A stretch of DNA of 64,000 nt from Octopus sinensis (GCF_006345805.1 NC_043003.1:80786001-80850000), one strand, 5' to 3'; shown: positions 1-13,249, counted from the first letter of the stretch. A program made the numbers and translations. The notes: generated by a model from the letters alone, not told the origin.

Positions 1-1460
1 TGCTATCTTGGCAAAAGCTTATTATATTTCGTTTTTGGATTTGGTTTACAAGATTCTTTATATGAGTTCGTGTGTTGAAGTATATTCTGTTGTATTTGGG
101 GAGAGTTATTCAAGACACGTACACATATAAAAAATCTTGCAAACCAAATCCAAAAACGAAATATAATAAGCTTTAGCCAAGCTAGCAAGACATGGAGAAA
201 CACCGAGTTACCGGTGAGTGTGTTAAATGATAAGGCACTAAAAGAGAATGACTCTCCTCAGACACAACAGAATATGTTTCAACACACGAACCGATGGATA
301 TCTGTTTATGGTTTTTTCGTTTTGTTTTTGGTGGATCCATTCTGATATCAGCACTTAAAGTATACACAATATCAACGAGGGAACTGACTTGGTATTCATA
401 TTTACCATAAACTTTGAGGTCATCCAAGTGGTTGACTTTTAGTTGGCGGCGTCTGAATGCATATGCTTTCCTTACAATCTGTGCTAGTGTTATCATGCAC
501 AATACAAAGACCAGTGGGAAAAGGCAGACCCTTCGAAGATACCTCTCATGATCTCCATTGTCCCTAAACTTCTTCCATATGCTGTCAGTTATGTCATCCA
601 CTTCACCATAGATTTTCCAAGCAATTGCTCAACATTCTATGCAATACCAAATAGTTTCGTGCACTCCATAATCCAAGAATGTGGGATCATATCGTGCGCC
701 TTTCGATAATCGATCCATGAAATGGCTAAGTTAGTTTTCCTCCTCTTGCAGTCTCTAAGTAGAGTTTTGTCTACGAGGAGTTGATACTTAGTACCTCTGC
801 ACTTACGCTTGAAAATGTTCTGCTCATGCAGAAGGGATCCATTTTTTTTGCAAATGACCGTACTTTGACTCTGCGAGTATTCCAGTCAATAATGTCCACT
901 TAATTGGCTAGCAGGATATCGGCCTGTAATTGTCTACCGTATTGCCTCTTTCGATGTTTTTCAAGCACAAAACTGTCCTACCCATACTCAACAACTCTGG
1001 TGTTACTTGCTTGGCATTTAACAAGGTGTTGAGCTGTGCAGTTATTTGTACTTGACATTCACTAAATCCTTTGATCCACTTGCCTTCAAATCCATTTGCT
1101 CCTAGGGCGTTCCAGTTGCTCGTTTTCTTGTTTTGCTGATTTCCTTCACTTACATAACTAAAATGACTAGTCTTGCCTGTTTTGGAGAGACCACTGTTTG
1201 TTTCAGTTCTTGCAACCATTCAGCATCCTTCTTGTGCTCCTTGTATTTGCTGTTTAGAATGAAGAGCATTTTGCATCCTCCATTGCATAAGATATGCTTT
1301 TACTCTCCGCATCTTTTTTTTACTATGAATTTTTTTTACATAATCCGATAAACCGGTTCTCTCTAGTATATTCACCCGCAATTTTAATATGAAGTTTTAT
1401 CTCTCTGGCACTGAAATACTTTCTCACATTTCCAATTTTCCCAATGTAAATTGGTGACAC
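1..1460 (-). mobile_element. Degraded R4/Dong-clade non-LTR retrotransposon, RT region (family F)
   Basis: Minus-strand frames give NYRPISC (ORF 908-1219), [26 protein letters not shown] (~720-800), LFPLVFVLCMITL and HLDDLKVYGK (ORF 182-601). These are RT motifs shared with the fuller elements at 18-22 kb and 55-59 kb. Many stops and frameshifts. Confidence 0.85.
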
Positions 1461-1559
1461 TATTATGATTTTGTTAAAGTTTTGTCTTAATAATAGTGGA
1501 CTTGATACTTCAAATCGTTTCCCCCAAACCTTTTCATTGACGTCATCACCGTTCATTTC

Positions 1560-1755
1560 CCTGTTGTCATCATCGTCATCATCACATCATTATCACCATC
1601 AACCTCGTCGTCGTCGTGATCCACCTCCTCCTCCTCCACCACCTGCCTCACCACCACTACGTCTTCCTCCTCCTCAACATCATCATCATCATAAATATCA
1701 TCATTATCATAATTATCATTATCATTATCATCATCATTATCATCATTATCATCAT
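1560..1755. repeat. Compound triplet microsatellite (TCA/CGT/CCT/CCA/CAT/TAT)
   Basis: Directly visible; it accounts for the poly-Ser/Pro/His ORF 1465-1845. Confidence 0.9.
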
Positions 1756-1759
1756 GTTT

Positions 1760-2050
1760 CCAAAATTCCTATAAACACTTCTTTTGAATCAAGGTTCATC
1801 TCAGAATTCGTTGAGGATGTGTGTATACGAGCTTTAAATATTTAGAATTTTGCCTTATCACACCTCTTTTTATACTGTTTCATGATTTCCCTTGCTGTGC
1901 TTCTGGTTTGCTTGTGTTTCATCGTTTATATACGCTGTGTGAAGTGTTAATTCATTTATTTTGGTAGTAAGTATTGGCTTTGTATAAGTACCGGCTGCGA
2001 TTGAATACACAATGTGCTGTATAATTTTATCTGTATTCTGTGTATGCAAA
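1760..2050 (-). mobile_element. Probable upstream (N-terminal ORF) continuation of Dong family F
   Basis: Minus ORF 1870-2055 has IQHIVYSIAA, loosely matching LKNLVYAVA and LNEIIYSVA in the N-terminal regions of the fuller elements. It is colinear with the RT remnant. Confidence 0.4.
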
Positions 2051-2210
2051 CGCATAAGCCTTCAAAAAATATCTCAGTAAATCAATGTAATCATCTAAAG
2101 GTGCCGACACGTTCTATAAACATTTTCCGTATTTTTTTTTCTCTAATTCTACTCCCAATGTTGCTACTTATAATTTCCGCTGCTGTCAACCAAGTTGTTA
2201 ATTTTTGTAG

Positions 2211-2364
2211 ATACAGTAAAAATTCAGATAAATATCACGTTGCTAATGTACTTAGAACCAGGTCTTGGCGCGATTCACCTACAGCAATTTCTAACCGATG
2301 GATTACTGCGTTTAAATCAGGTGATCGGACAGATTTTGCCTTTTTTGTTAATACGAAGAAACAA
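2211..2364 (+). CDS. Weak candidate internal exon of an unidentified gene
   Basis: Flanked by aatttttgtAG and GTAAGT; 154 bp; two frames open (YSKNSDKYHVANVLRTRSWRDSP...TKKQ or TVKIQINITLL...IRRN). No recognisable domain. The minus strand here may instead be decayed Dong N-terminus (SNPSVR..., WLTAAEI). Confidence 0.2.
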
Positions 2365-5300
2365 GTAAGTTATAATTATCTACTGCTAAGACAATGTCCT
2401 CTTCTATCATGAGATCCGATTGTGTATAATGCGATGCCTGACTATTTTGTTCAGCAGACTATGAGGGATAATAGTAAATAATCTGTATCAACGCCATGTA
2501 TCAAAGTACGTAAACACTATATTGTAATAGGCACTACCACTGGACGCTGGATTAAATGTCATATAGTGTTTATTGACCTATGAATATAATCTGAAATATG
2601 CGACCGCTCTCATGAGTGCCAAGTGTGGTTCTGAAATTAATGGCAGTATAGTCTATTGTGGTCACTGTATATGTAAGGTCCACCTCATCCTTCCGTTGAT
2701 TACCTATTTACCGTGTCTTGTTGAGTCAATGCTTAGACCAGCTATACAACAATATGAAAGAAGAGAAAATTTCACATGTGAAATAAACCGGAGAATAATA
2801 GCATTTTTCCCTTCCCTTATAGTTAAAATTGTTCTTCATGGGAACAAAAATCGAATTTATCTGTAAATCAGAACTTAATCAAAGAATCTATTGTGTTGGT
2901 TATTTACGCAGTTACATTCATTAATAGGCAAATTAAGACAAGAGGGCGACATGCTAATCTAACTTCCATAAAATCCAAAGCATTTTGACGAAAGAGAATT
3001 AGAAAATAATGCTTCTACATAGTTCCTTATATACTAAAATGGCAACTGAAATCTTTCTTGAGTTGTATCCTACCACCTTTGGTGAGGACGGAATCATCAG
3101 ACAATGCAGTCATCGATCTTTTATGTCTCAATAAAAAGACATGAATATAACGACTTGAACAATTGTGATCATAGGTTTACTTGAACGTCAGTGACCTGGT
3201 TTAAAACAATAAGAAGATGATCTTATCTCATTGTGATTTTCTTTATGTATGTATATATTATAATTAAATATCTATGGTGTAGTTATTGGTATTTGATGTT
3301 GATATTACTGTAAGACGATAGCATACATTACTGCTCATCTTGAGTATATAGGTTTTGCAAATACTTTTTTCAAGAAAGCTAAAGGAATCAATAAAGGTGT
3401 GGTTACTTCGTGAATCAATTTCTCTTCCTAGTTTTATTCTTTTCAATCATATTGCAAACTTCTATTATCATTCTGTGTTGTCATTGATATCTCCATGCCT
3501 TTATAGATGCGTAAATCCACTTTCACTTAAGTTAATCCGTAAGATAATTATGTTGCTGCAGAAGAAAAAAAAAGCAACTCCCACTCGCTGACATGGACAT
3601 TTTAATCCTATGTATATTCAAAGCAAATATTTACACCAATATTCTATAGAATATAGCGATGTATGGGTAACAGACGTACCGCCAGCATTTCTTTTATACA
3701 CATTGCTGCGAAATGTATTTTTGTCTTTGAATATTTTATGTGCTTGTTTATTTTACTATAATATCAATTACATCAATATGATTTGCCCATCAATATTTCT
3801 ATTTCTTTTCTTTAAACTGCGGAAAGATCAAGTGCATTTGATATAGTCTTATTTTGTTGATTAACGTTCGATCTAAGAGCATCATAGTGACATGTTAATC
3901 CTACCTATATTGATATATTAATTTTTTTATATTTCTTTTTAATTTCCGTGACTCTAAGGTTTGCAGTCTTTATTTCGTCTCTGTGCAGTTGAGTTCAGTA
4001 ACTGCGATTCAGCTATATAAAGTATTCTAAAAATCAGCAACTATCTAATTATTAATAGTAATTGTTGTTATTAGCAATAATTGATGTTATTATTAATTTA
4101 ATTTGTTCACATGAAGTTTTATTTTAACCAGTTATGTATACCTTCAAAAGAGTGATACTAGCCAATTTTGAGTCCACACAATACATATCTGGATTTTCTT
4201 TAGATAAAAATATATATATATATTTTGTACATAGAACTATTAAAAACTGAGTACACTTTTATAGACTGTCATGTATACCTGTGTTTGCTTTCAACTACAC
4301 CATTATTATCTATAAGATAAAAATTGGACTTGTGTCGGGAACCAAGACAAACATATTTTATATACCATTTTATCTGTTATTAGTGTCATCCACTATTCGT
4401 CATTGGAAAACTTCATTCAAGTTCAGTAGGAGGATTAGTAATGCTAATAAAAAGTGAAGTGAATTTTTATGTTCAGTGCAACAGCTTGAAATCCTACATT
4501 GGATTGTAAAAAACATTTGTGTATTGACTCTCAACATTCTGGGTTAAAATCTCGCTGATATCATCTTTGTATTTCTCCCCACTGGGGCCGATCAACACAG
4601 TACCCGAGCTAAGTGTAGCGCACTTGCTAGATGGTATACTTTGCAGCATCGGTTCCGGTTTTGTGCGTTCTAAGGTAAAATGTAGTGCCCTGTCATTCTA
4701 AACGAGGGCACTGGAGTTGACTAATTAACGAGGAGCACAAAAAAAAATCCAAAATTAAATACCTCTCCGGAGGCTGGCAAATCTCGAGTGATGTTGTCTT
4801 ATATTATCTAGTCATGGAAAAGCAAATAAGCACGATAAATAAAATGTGCGTTCCTGAGTAGATGGGCAAAATCTAAATTGCGGAGAAACACTTATAAAAA
4901 CGATTTGGGTCGAATAAGCCAGTGACATTCTAGATATAGCACGCTTTAATTAAATAATTCTGGCTCTGACATGTCATAGCTAAAGTTCTATAGGTAATTT
5001 CATATTTTCAGCGATATTGTGTGAATATATTTGCAACATCCTATTTAGGTGTTACCCTTAAATGCGTCACTAAAATGTATGGCTTTTTCTAACATTGTTC
5101 GGTGTGCAAATGTATATTTATTTTGATCAGTCTTGTATCCGTAGGAAATTCTGTTTCATTGTAATAAATATAATGGACCAGCCTACTTTTCTTAAATATT
5201 TTATTACCAAGCCACTACTTTCTACAATAACTGATATTACTGAATTTGTTCAAGATTGAATGTGAAGATATGATATGGAAATATTCTCATTTATTATGCA

Positions 5301-6249
5301 ACACAAATTATGAATTTCAATTTTAGAATTTGAATATTATACGAAGAGAATCAATCTTGTGTGCACGAGTAATTATTATCCAATACCGCCTGCATAAAAA
5401 AAAATCACGTGACCTTTGATATGTACTATTGTATGTTATTGTGAATTACATTATAAATGGAAGAAGACCACGTTGTTTGATTTCCTTCATTATAGAACAA
5501 AGCACACCGATGCCTATGAATTTGAAAAATCTCATTATGGATTTATAGACTAAGGAGCAAACATTTCTGATTTATCTTAATAATTTAGGAACAGAATCCA
5601 AACGGTGTTCTATGTAAATCTACAGTATATACGTTACGATGGCATGCTCATATATATTCATTACTAGCTATCTTCGTCCCCACTCAATCAATTTTGTAAA
5701 GACCATATTGTTTTCCTATAATTTACGCGCTCCATTTTCCATTTTCGGTTTCAAACGTTCAGCTTTCTCCTATTGTAACCTTTAATGAACACCTTCTATC
5801 AAAACTGTTGTTCCTTAAAGAATCGAAACATGGTGATGCTTTTGAAATACAATGTTATATTGGCTGCGATTGAAGTTCTAACTGTTAATATAATATATAA
5901 ACTTCAATATCAGTGTTATGTTTTCTATTTTACCAACAATATATCTTCAGAAAATAAATATTTACAATATTAATCCATAATATATCTCTCGGAGGAAGAG
6001 GAGGCGTTAGTTTAGCAGATATTTAAACGAATCTTCAGTTATTAAAGGCTATCCAACATCTTATTAAAAATCAAGAACAAAGTAATTGAATCTTGAATTA
6101 AAACGAGTATTCTTTTATTTGTTTGCTTGTTTAAGTAAATGGACTGCGGCCATACGGAAGCAGCACATTCATGCTTTTGTAATCCACATGTGTTTATTGA
6201 AGGGCTCTTCTCACCAGAATAACGTTCCTTGAAAGAGTTACCGCTATGA

Positions 6250-6450
6250 TATGGAATAGAATATTACAATTCTACATTTCAGAGATGAGGAATGATGTAC
6301 ATTATTTACATTATTTACATTTGACAGATATGTGTGCTCATCTTGTTTGTTGTTAGCACAACCTTTCGGCTGATATACCCTCCAGCCTTCTTCAGGTGTC
6401 TTGGGGAAATTTCGAACCTGGGTTCTCATTCCTAAGGTATTTTTCGATGT
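6250..6450 (-). mobile_element. Penelope-like terminal repeat fragment with hammerhead-like motif (copy 1; copy 2 at ~54965-55110)
   Basis: Two related copies in the window. The minus strand reads gacac-CTGAAGA-a-ggctg..cagcc-GAAA-ggtt-gtgct. Confidence 0.55.
6355..6400 (-). ncRNA. Degenerate minimal type I hammerhead ribozyme motif
   Basis: CUGAAGA core; perfect 5 bp stem II (GGCUG/CAGCC) with one extra A after A9; GAAA; partial stem I (cac/gug). Stem III is mutated (GAAAG-GUU). Confidence 0.45.
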
Positions 6451-6475
6451 TGTTGTTGTTCTTTTTATTATTAAT

Positions 6476-6870
6476 ATAATTGCCTTTGCACAGCTTCTAA
6501 CGCTGGAGATGTACTACAGTGTCAGCTGTTCACTACCAGTGAACTAAGGTAACACCTCTTATTTTTCGAGTACTTTACGGAGTATTCGAGCTGTTCCAAG
6601 CATTGCTGTTTTCCGCAAGTACTCCACTCTTATTGCAGCCCCTATTTTTTCCACATACTTCTCGAGAATTTTGCTCACTGTTCCCAGGGCTCCAACAATT
6701 ATTGGTACTACTGCTACCTTTTTCATCGACCACAACTGCGAAACTTCCCAAGCTAACCTGTCATATCTCTCGACTTTTCTTTCTTCCTTAATGCATACCT
6801 TGTTGTCAGCTGGCATGCTATATCTATGATCCAGCATCGTTTGTTTTCTTTCTCAATTAAGACTATGTAC
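6476..6870 (-). mobile_element. 5'-truncated R4/Dong 3' end (family C), endonuclease domain plus 3' UTR
   Basis: KPYIVLIEKENKRCWIIDIAC and PADNKVCIKEERKVERYDRLAWE...VVPIIVGALG...LGTARILRKVL (ORFs 6753-7073 and 6559-6837). Flanked by TAA repeats on both sides. Confidence 0.85.
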
Positions 6871-6875
6871 GGCTT

Positions 6876-6887
6876 TATTATTATTAC

Positions 6888-6981
<94 letters not shown>
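6876..6981. repeat. (ATT)n immediately followed by (AAT)n: AT-rich palindrome centred at 6918/6919
   Basis: Directly visible: ...attattattaataataat... Confidence 0.95.
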
Positions 6982-7029
6982 CCCTCAGACTGGCATCTTT
7001 TCATAGACTCTTCCAAGTAATATCTGAAG

Positions 7030-7830
7030 GCTGTGCTTCTGCACAATGGGAATAAATTGCCCAGTATTCCCATTGCTTACTCAGTCCATTTGAAGAATTC
7101 GTATGACATTATGGAGCTAGTTTTGGAAGCTGTGAATTACAACTGGTATCAGTGGAGCCTCTGCGTGTATTTCAATGTCATTGGGCTACTTATGGGTATG
7201 CAAGCGGGCTTCACAAAGTAATGTTGCTTTGTCTGTCTCTGGGAGAGTCGCGCTGTGTCCAAGCACTACAAGCAGAACTAAGGGAACTAGGAACACTTTC
7301 GTACCTGGTGAACACAATGTCCAAGAAAACCCTCTGTTGGACATGAAGGTGCTTCTTCCTCTTCTTCATGGTTTAATAAAGAATTTCATGAAGGCCATGG
7401 AAAAAATGGTGCTGCTTTCCAACACTTATGCACTCTGTTTCCAGCTCTAAGTTGTGCTAAGCTTAAGGAGGACATCTTCGGACATCAGATCCGAAAGGTG
7501 CTAAAGGATAAAAACTTTGAAGAACTTCTTTCCTTTAAGGATCTGAGAGTTTGGGGAGCATTGAAGCCAATCTGCTATGGCTTTTTTGTAACACACGGAT
7601 ATTAGATTACCAAGTATGTGTCGAGAAGTTGTTACAGCCTTATGAGAATATGGGATGCCGAATAGCGCTCAACATTCAGTTCCTCCACATCCACCTCAAC
7701 TTCTTCCCTCAGAAGTGATGAGCATGGAGAAAGGTTCCACCGAAATATTACTAAGATGGTGAGTATCTACCAAGGCAGCGGTACGCCAGCATGATGAAGG
7801 ATTTTTGCTGGATGTTCTTGCGTGACAACC
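7030..7830 (+). mobile_element. DNA-transposon transposase pseudogene (superfamily not confidently assigned)
   Basis: LLHNGNKLPSIPIAYSVHLK...GMQAGFTK*CCFVCLWESRA, NVQENPLLDMKVLLPLL and SDEHGERFHRNI..YQG..MMKDFCW. I recognise this motif series from a widespread animal transposase-like family. Frameshifted. Confidence 0.65.
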
Positions 7831-8089
7831 CGGAGGCAAAGTACACAAGATCGTAAAAAAAACCTTCAATTCTGTCTGCTGTATTACGATATCTGTGTGT
7901 TGTATAAACCAAGCAATTTAGTTCCAGCAATGTTTTGTATCTATGCTGTTTTTTTTTAAATTTTATTTCGGTAGTATGCCTTTGTATCAGATGAAATAAA
8001 CACATTATATTTCGAATTTATATGCAGTATATAGCAATCTATAGGCCGATAAATGTCGGTTTCCCAGATTCTGGGGAGTATTTATTCAA

Positions 8090-8280
8090 CCTGACGTGGC
8101 TGAACGCTTGTCCCTCGAAGGCTTATGGATGCTTTACCAGCAGAGTGTACTGGTGGAGCAACGTGAAATGAAGTGTTTACTCGAAAAATATCGCATACCC
8201 CGATCCCGATCTACGAATCGAAACCACAATCAGATGATAATGAGTGCAACACACAACCATTAAGGTACGCTCCTCCTTGG
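8090..8280 (-). mobile_element. Heavily degraded tRNA-headed SINE
   Basis: Reverse complement of B-box-like (gaatcgaaacc) and A-box-like ends, plus a gtgaaatgaagtg core-like segment. Confidence 0.35.
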
Positions 8281-8916
8281 AGAACAAATGAAATAATCCT
8301 TCGCTGTTTTGGTGGGTAAAGTTGCCTTACGTAAACGGTACTTTATTTTATCGATCATGGTAGAACGAACCGCGAGGTTGACATCAATGGGATCTGAATT
8401 CAGAATACGAAGTGTAGGGAGAAATACTGTCAGGTAATTTCTCCGGGTTTACTATAATGTGTAATGCTTGTTAAGCAGTAAAGGGTTTGCAAAGATATTC
8501 TGAGTGCAATAAACAAGTTATATCAAAAGAAAATGAATGAGGTTACACATGAAATAGAATGAGCTTAAATATCTCTGAATTACAGAAATCATTACGCAGA
8601 AAAATTAATCGATTAGAATAATCCCCTTAAGTATTAAACATGATTCAGATTTTTAAAAAAGAGCAACAACCTCAATATCTGTGAGAAGTTGCTGCCTGTG
8701 GAAATCAGCGGGGCACTCCCTGTCCTGATTGAGCAGTATCCATTTCTTCTCATTATTGAACGTTGCTGGATACTTCTGAATCTTTCGTAAGCGGCTAAGT
8801 TGCTGTGCATGAATGACGACGACCCAAGCTCTGTGTGTCCGCTGAGAATTACACATACACGCGAAATAAAAATTGCAAGGTACATTACCAATGGTGGTAA
8901 TCTGATAAATCAGCAC

Positions 8917-8974
<58 letters not shown>

Positions 8975-9035
8975 ATCTATCTATCTATCTATCTATCTAT
9001 CTAACTATCTATCTATCTATTTATCTATCTATCTA
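8917..9035. repeat. (TCTA)n microsatellite
   Basis: Directly visible. Confidence 0.95.
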
Positions 9036-9066
9036 TCCACCCATCTGTCTCTCTGTTTGTCTGTCT

Positions 9067-9296
9067 GGCGAGCTGGCAAAAACGTTAGCACTCCGGGTGA
9101 AATGTTTAGTGGTATTTCGTTTGCCTCTACGTTCTGAGTTCAAATTCCGCCGAGGTCGACTTTGCCTTTCATCCTTTCGGGGTCGATTAAATAAGTACCA
9201 GTTACGCACTGGGTTCGATATAATCGACTTAATCCGTATGTCTGTCTTGTTTGTCCCCTCTGGGTTTAGTCCCTTGTGGGTAGTAAAGAAATAGGT
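9067..9296 (+). mobile_element. tRNA-derived SINE, family S1 (ggcgagctggcag...gagttcaaattcc...aaagaaataggt)
   Basis: A-box-like and B-box (GAGTTCAAATTCC) head. A close second copy lies at 18457-18687. 12 bp target-site-like duplication gtttgtctgtct at 9055-9066 and 9295-9306. Confidence 0.9.
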
Positions 9297-9528
9297 TTGT
9301 CTGTCTGTACGTATTGATATGAGTGTGTACATATGTAAATTTTCGTGTATATATATATGTATATATATATATAAAACAATAATAATAAATAGTAATAATG
9401 TGTTTTGAATGGCACACCAATGCACTGTAATAACAACAATGGAGCTTAATAAATGGTATAATTTAATCATCCATAGTCCGATGTAATATTTCGGAATATA
9501 AAAATTCCTTCTTCAGATATCACTAGGG

Positions 9529-9695
<167 letters not shown>

Positions 9696-9899
9696 GTGTG
9701 TGTGTGTATATATATGAGTGGCATGTAGCCATGTGCCTATTACATATATATACACAGACCGGTTTAACTGTCACGCACTAAATAAGTGCAATACGCATCG
9801 GAATTGTCAGACATGCTTCAATGTTACTAAAATTGAATAAAATAAATCATGATGAATATACACATACTTATACATGATAAAGGAAATGAATAAAAGTAA

Positions 9900-10809
9900 T
9901 AGTAGCATCAAGAATATATTTCCACCCTACACGTTTATTTTACAGCAGTGCTCTACTCACAGAACGAAAACATAACAGCGTATAGATATAAAATCTGGAG
10001 GAAAAATAACCTACATAAAGATTTGGATATAGCAATGAGCCCTAACAAACTAGATAACATTCGGAGATATATTCTCAAAACAAAATCATATTAGAGATAG
10101 AAAAAGAACTTTTAAAAGTAAAGATACACCAGAGGAACATAAGATAGTAACCGCACATCAATGCCAAATAATCTCCTAAGCACTAGGACTGTAAAATACG
10201 AAGACAGACGTTTCGTGTCCAACATCAACGAAGTAAACAACGAAAGGCAACAGACAGAAACCAGAGGAATGTATAATGATGAGCAAAATGCAACAAACAA
10301 GAACAAAAAGGCTAAAATATGAACGGAAGGGAATATACAACAAATCTAAGACTTGAAAACAGTAAATGTTAAACTAATGATTATGATAATCTAAACATGA
10401 GCATAATCAAAGAATTGAAAACCACAGATCTTAGTGTGGACCACCGATTAAACCTCCACCAAATTAAAGTTGATAATAAAACAACATCAATAATAAATAG
10501 CATGAACCTAGCTGTCACAGAACTAATAGTCACAGAAACAAATGTAAGCATGACCAGGCTTAATGATATAATTGAAGGTGAATAGATCATATTTTCTCTG
10601 GCTGCCCAGTCCTCGGTAAGAAGGAAAATATTCACAAACAAGACAGAGCTGGGACCTGTGTACACTAGAAGCTTCGCCTGCATTATGGAACAGTAACAGA
10701 AAAAATATGGAATAGGCACACCCCAGAAAAGTTCACAGAACATAAGAAAGCAACCATACTCTGGCATGCGCCAATACACACAGCTAGAGATATAGGCCGG
10801 ATATAATAG
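9900..10809 (+). mobile_element. Internally deleted Dong family A element, left part (N-terminal ORF fused to knuckle/endonuclease region)
   Basis: EYISTLHVYFTAV...NIRRYIL and NSMNLAVTELI match the N-terminus of 21959-20516. The sequence then jumps to IDHIFSGCPVL...RHTPEK...KATILW, matching ORF 18657-19118. Confidence 0.8.
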
Positions 10810-12854
10810 TGTTGGGCGAGGGTATACGACCCCTGACGAGAATTGACTGGATCACTACATATAAATTGTAGCGGTTTGAGCAAGTGAAGTAGTCCGTGCT
10901 AGTCCAACAGTGCTAGAGTTGTCAGAAATTGTCGTTAGCACATTACGTTCCCGAAATGGACATCATTGTAGCATCTGTTGCTTTCGAACCCGAATTATGA
11001 GCAGTTCTACTTCATAAATACGAAGATGGAAGTACAAAGCCATTGGTTCATGTTTCGCTGTCGCTAATAGTGTCAGTGAAGAGGCATAGTAAAATTGAAA
11101 AGGGTTCCCTAGCAATTATATTTGTAGTTAAAATATTTCACAGATTTCTGCATGGCAGAAGTCTTTTATTGCAAAGAGACCATAGATATTTGCTGTCGAT
11201 TTATGGGAAAAAATATGTTACTGACTCATACTGCGAACCGCTGCAACATTGGGGTGTAGTATTACTAAATTATACATACCATCGAAAAAAAAAATTCATA
11301 GTGTGGACTGCCTTTCGAGAGTAATTCTAAAAAATATGGAACCCCTAGACTGTTATAGGCGCACTGCAGAAAAAAATAGAAATTAAAAGTGTTATGATGA
11401 CTGTTATCCAAGAACTACCAGTGTAGATAATGAGCATATTACGAAAATAAAAGAACATTTAAAAAATAAACAGAATAAAAACTCAGATGTCAATAGTTTT
11501 TCAATCTGTGACGATATTTTCATGTGTGCCCAAAGAGTAGTGGCTCCAATTACATTGCAAAACCGTGTATTGCAACAATTTCACAGCGGGCATCCAGGAA
11601 TGGAAAATATGAAGGCTCTATGAGGAGTTATGTCTATTGGCTGTCTATGCACTTAAATATCGAAAACTTGGTGAGAATATGCCTAGGTTGCACGCTCGTT
11701 GCCAAAGCCACGCCGGTAAAATATTAATTGCGGCCAGAGACGGAGAACCTATGGACTAGGTTATATATTGAGTAACCCGGACGGGTAAACGGCTTTCCTA
11801 CCTGAGCGTAGTAGATAGTTGTACTAAGTAGCCGGAAATCTGCAGGGCCTATAGACAACCCTCTAAGAAAACTGTAAAGTTCTACGAATTGTTTGCGCGA
11901 TACGGTATCACAAATATGCTAGTTTCAGACAAAGGAACGCAATTTGGGGGTATAAGATTAAAAACTTCTGTAAAAGGTATGCGGTAAAGTATATTTTCAG
12001 AGAGTGTTCAGAAAAGCGAAAAATGAATTAAGGAAGAAGCACTGAAAATTTTCTTAAGAATATACAGAGGGACTCTCAATCCAAGTACATATTCAGGGAA
12101 ATCTCTCGTAGAATTGTTGTTCGCAAGAAGACTAAAATCTATTCTTGATATGTTTGAGATATTACCAGAGAAAAATGTCGTAAAGTAAATACGAAAGAAC
12201 CAACGAAATAGGTTATGATAGTTGATAAAGTGCATTTCAAAACCTATAGAAAAGGTAAAGAAAGCTGGGAGGATGGTCTTGTTACCAGAAAAATTGAAAG
12301 TATGATAAATCAGATTAGTGGGTCACACGGTGAACATAAGAAACATATAAACCAACTAAGGAAGGGACATACCGAAGGTCAGGAAAAAGTTCCCATGGAA
12401 GTATTGTGTGAAATATTCGATGTATAGGTACTAAAAGTGACAGAGTCCCATAGAACCAGTATGAGAAAAAGAAAACATACCTTGAGATAATGTGCAAACG
12501 AAAATGATATTAAAAAAAATATATATATATTTATAAATAAAAATTTTATTCATTGGCTTGGAAAACGAAATCTCAAAAGGGGAAATGTTATGCGAGAACA
12601 CGACGTCCCCTGGCGAGAATTGACTGGACCCCTATATATAAATTGTAGCGATCTAAGTAAAATAGTTTGTGCTAGTTCCACAGTTCGTGTGTTGATAGTT
12701 CAAAGTTCGAGTTCAAAGGTTACAGTTCGAGTTAGCGTGTTGGATTGTTGGTTCTTAAATATTGTTGTTACGTTACGTATGGTTACTATAGTTTATCTCG
12801 ATTATATTATTATTGCACTGTTGCAGTGTGTTCTTTCTCCATGAGGATATTACA
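10810..12854 (+). mobile_element. Internally deleted Gypsy-type LTR retrotransposon
   Basis: RNase H remnant (SKIEKGSLAIIFVVKIFHRFLHGR), integrase Zn region (MRSYVYW...CLGC), core (PWTRLYI...VVDS...LFARYG...SDKGTQF). PPT aaaaggggaaa precedes a TG...CA 3' LTR at 12586-12854; related 5' LTR fragment from 10810. Confidence 0.85.
12586..12854 (+). repeat. 3' LTR (269 bp, TGTT...TACA)
   Basis: Follows the polypurine tract. Shares cccctgrcgagaattgactgga...tataaattgtagcg with 10810-10920. Confidence 0.75.
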
Positions 12855-13249
12855 AGTTGTCAGAGATCATCAAGAAGAAATGCTATATAATCGATGTATC
12901 AATACTGGCAGATGACAATGTTTCTCTAAAATAAAAGGAAAATCTTTCAAAATACAAATATCTGGAAATAGACTTAACGCAAACGTCTAACAACAAAAAC
13001 AATTCATATTATAGTAGGCGCATTAGGTATGATAAAAAAAGCATTCAAACAAATACATAACAAAAACACCAGAACTTACAAGTATATATAACATACAAAA
13101 AATAGCACAGCTAAGCACTGCACACACCCAACGTAAAACACATTCAATACACTGAATATAAGATCCCCACAATAAGCCACAGCACATAACCAAGGCACAC
13201 AAAGCTGCGCTCGGTAGTGCAGTGAAATTACGACATAAGAATACGACTA

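Noticed and set aside
1465-1845. 126 aa His/Pro-rich ORF
   Set aside because: Produced by a compound triplet microsatellite; no evidence of a real protein.
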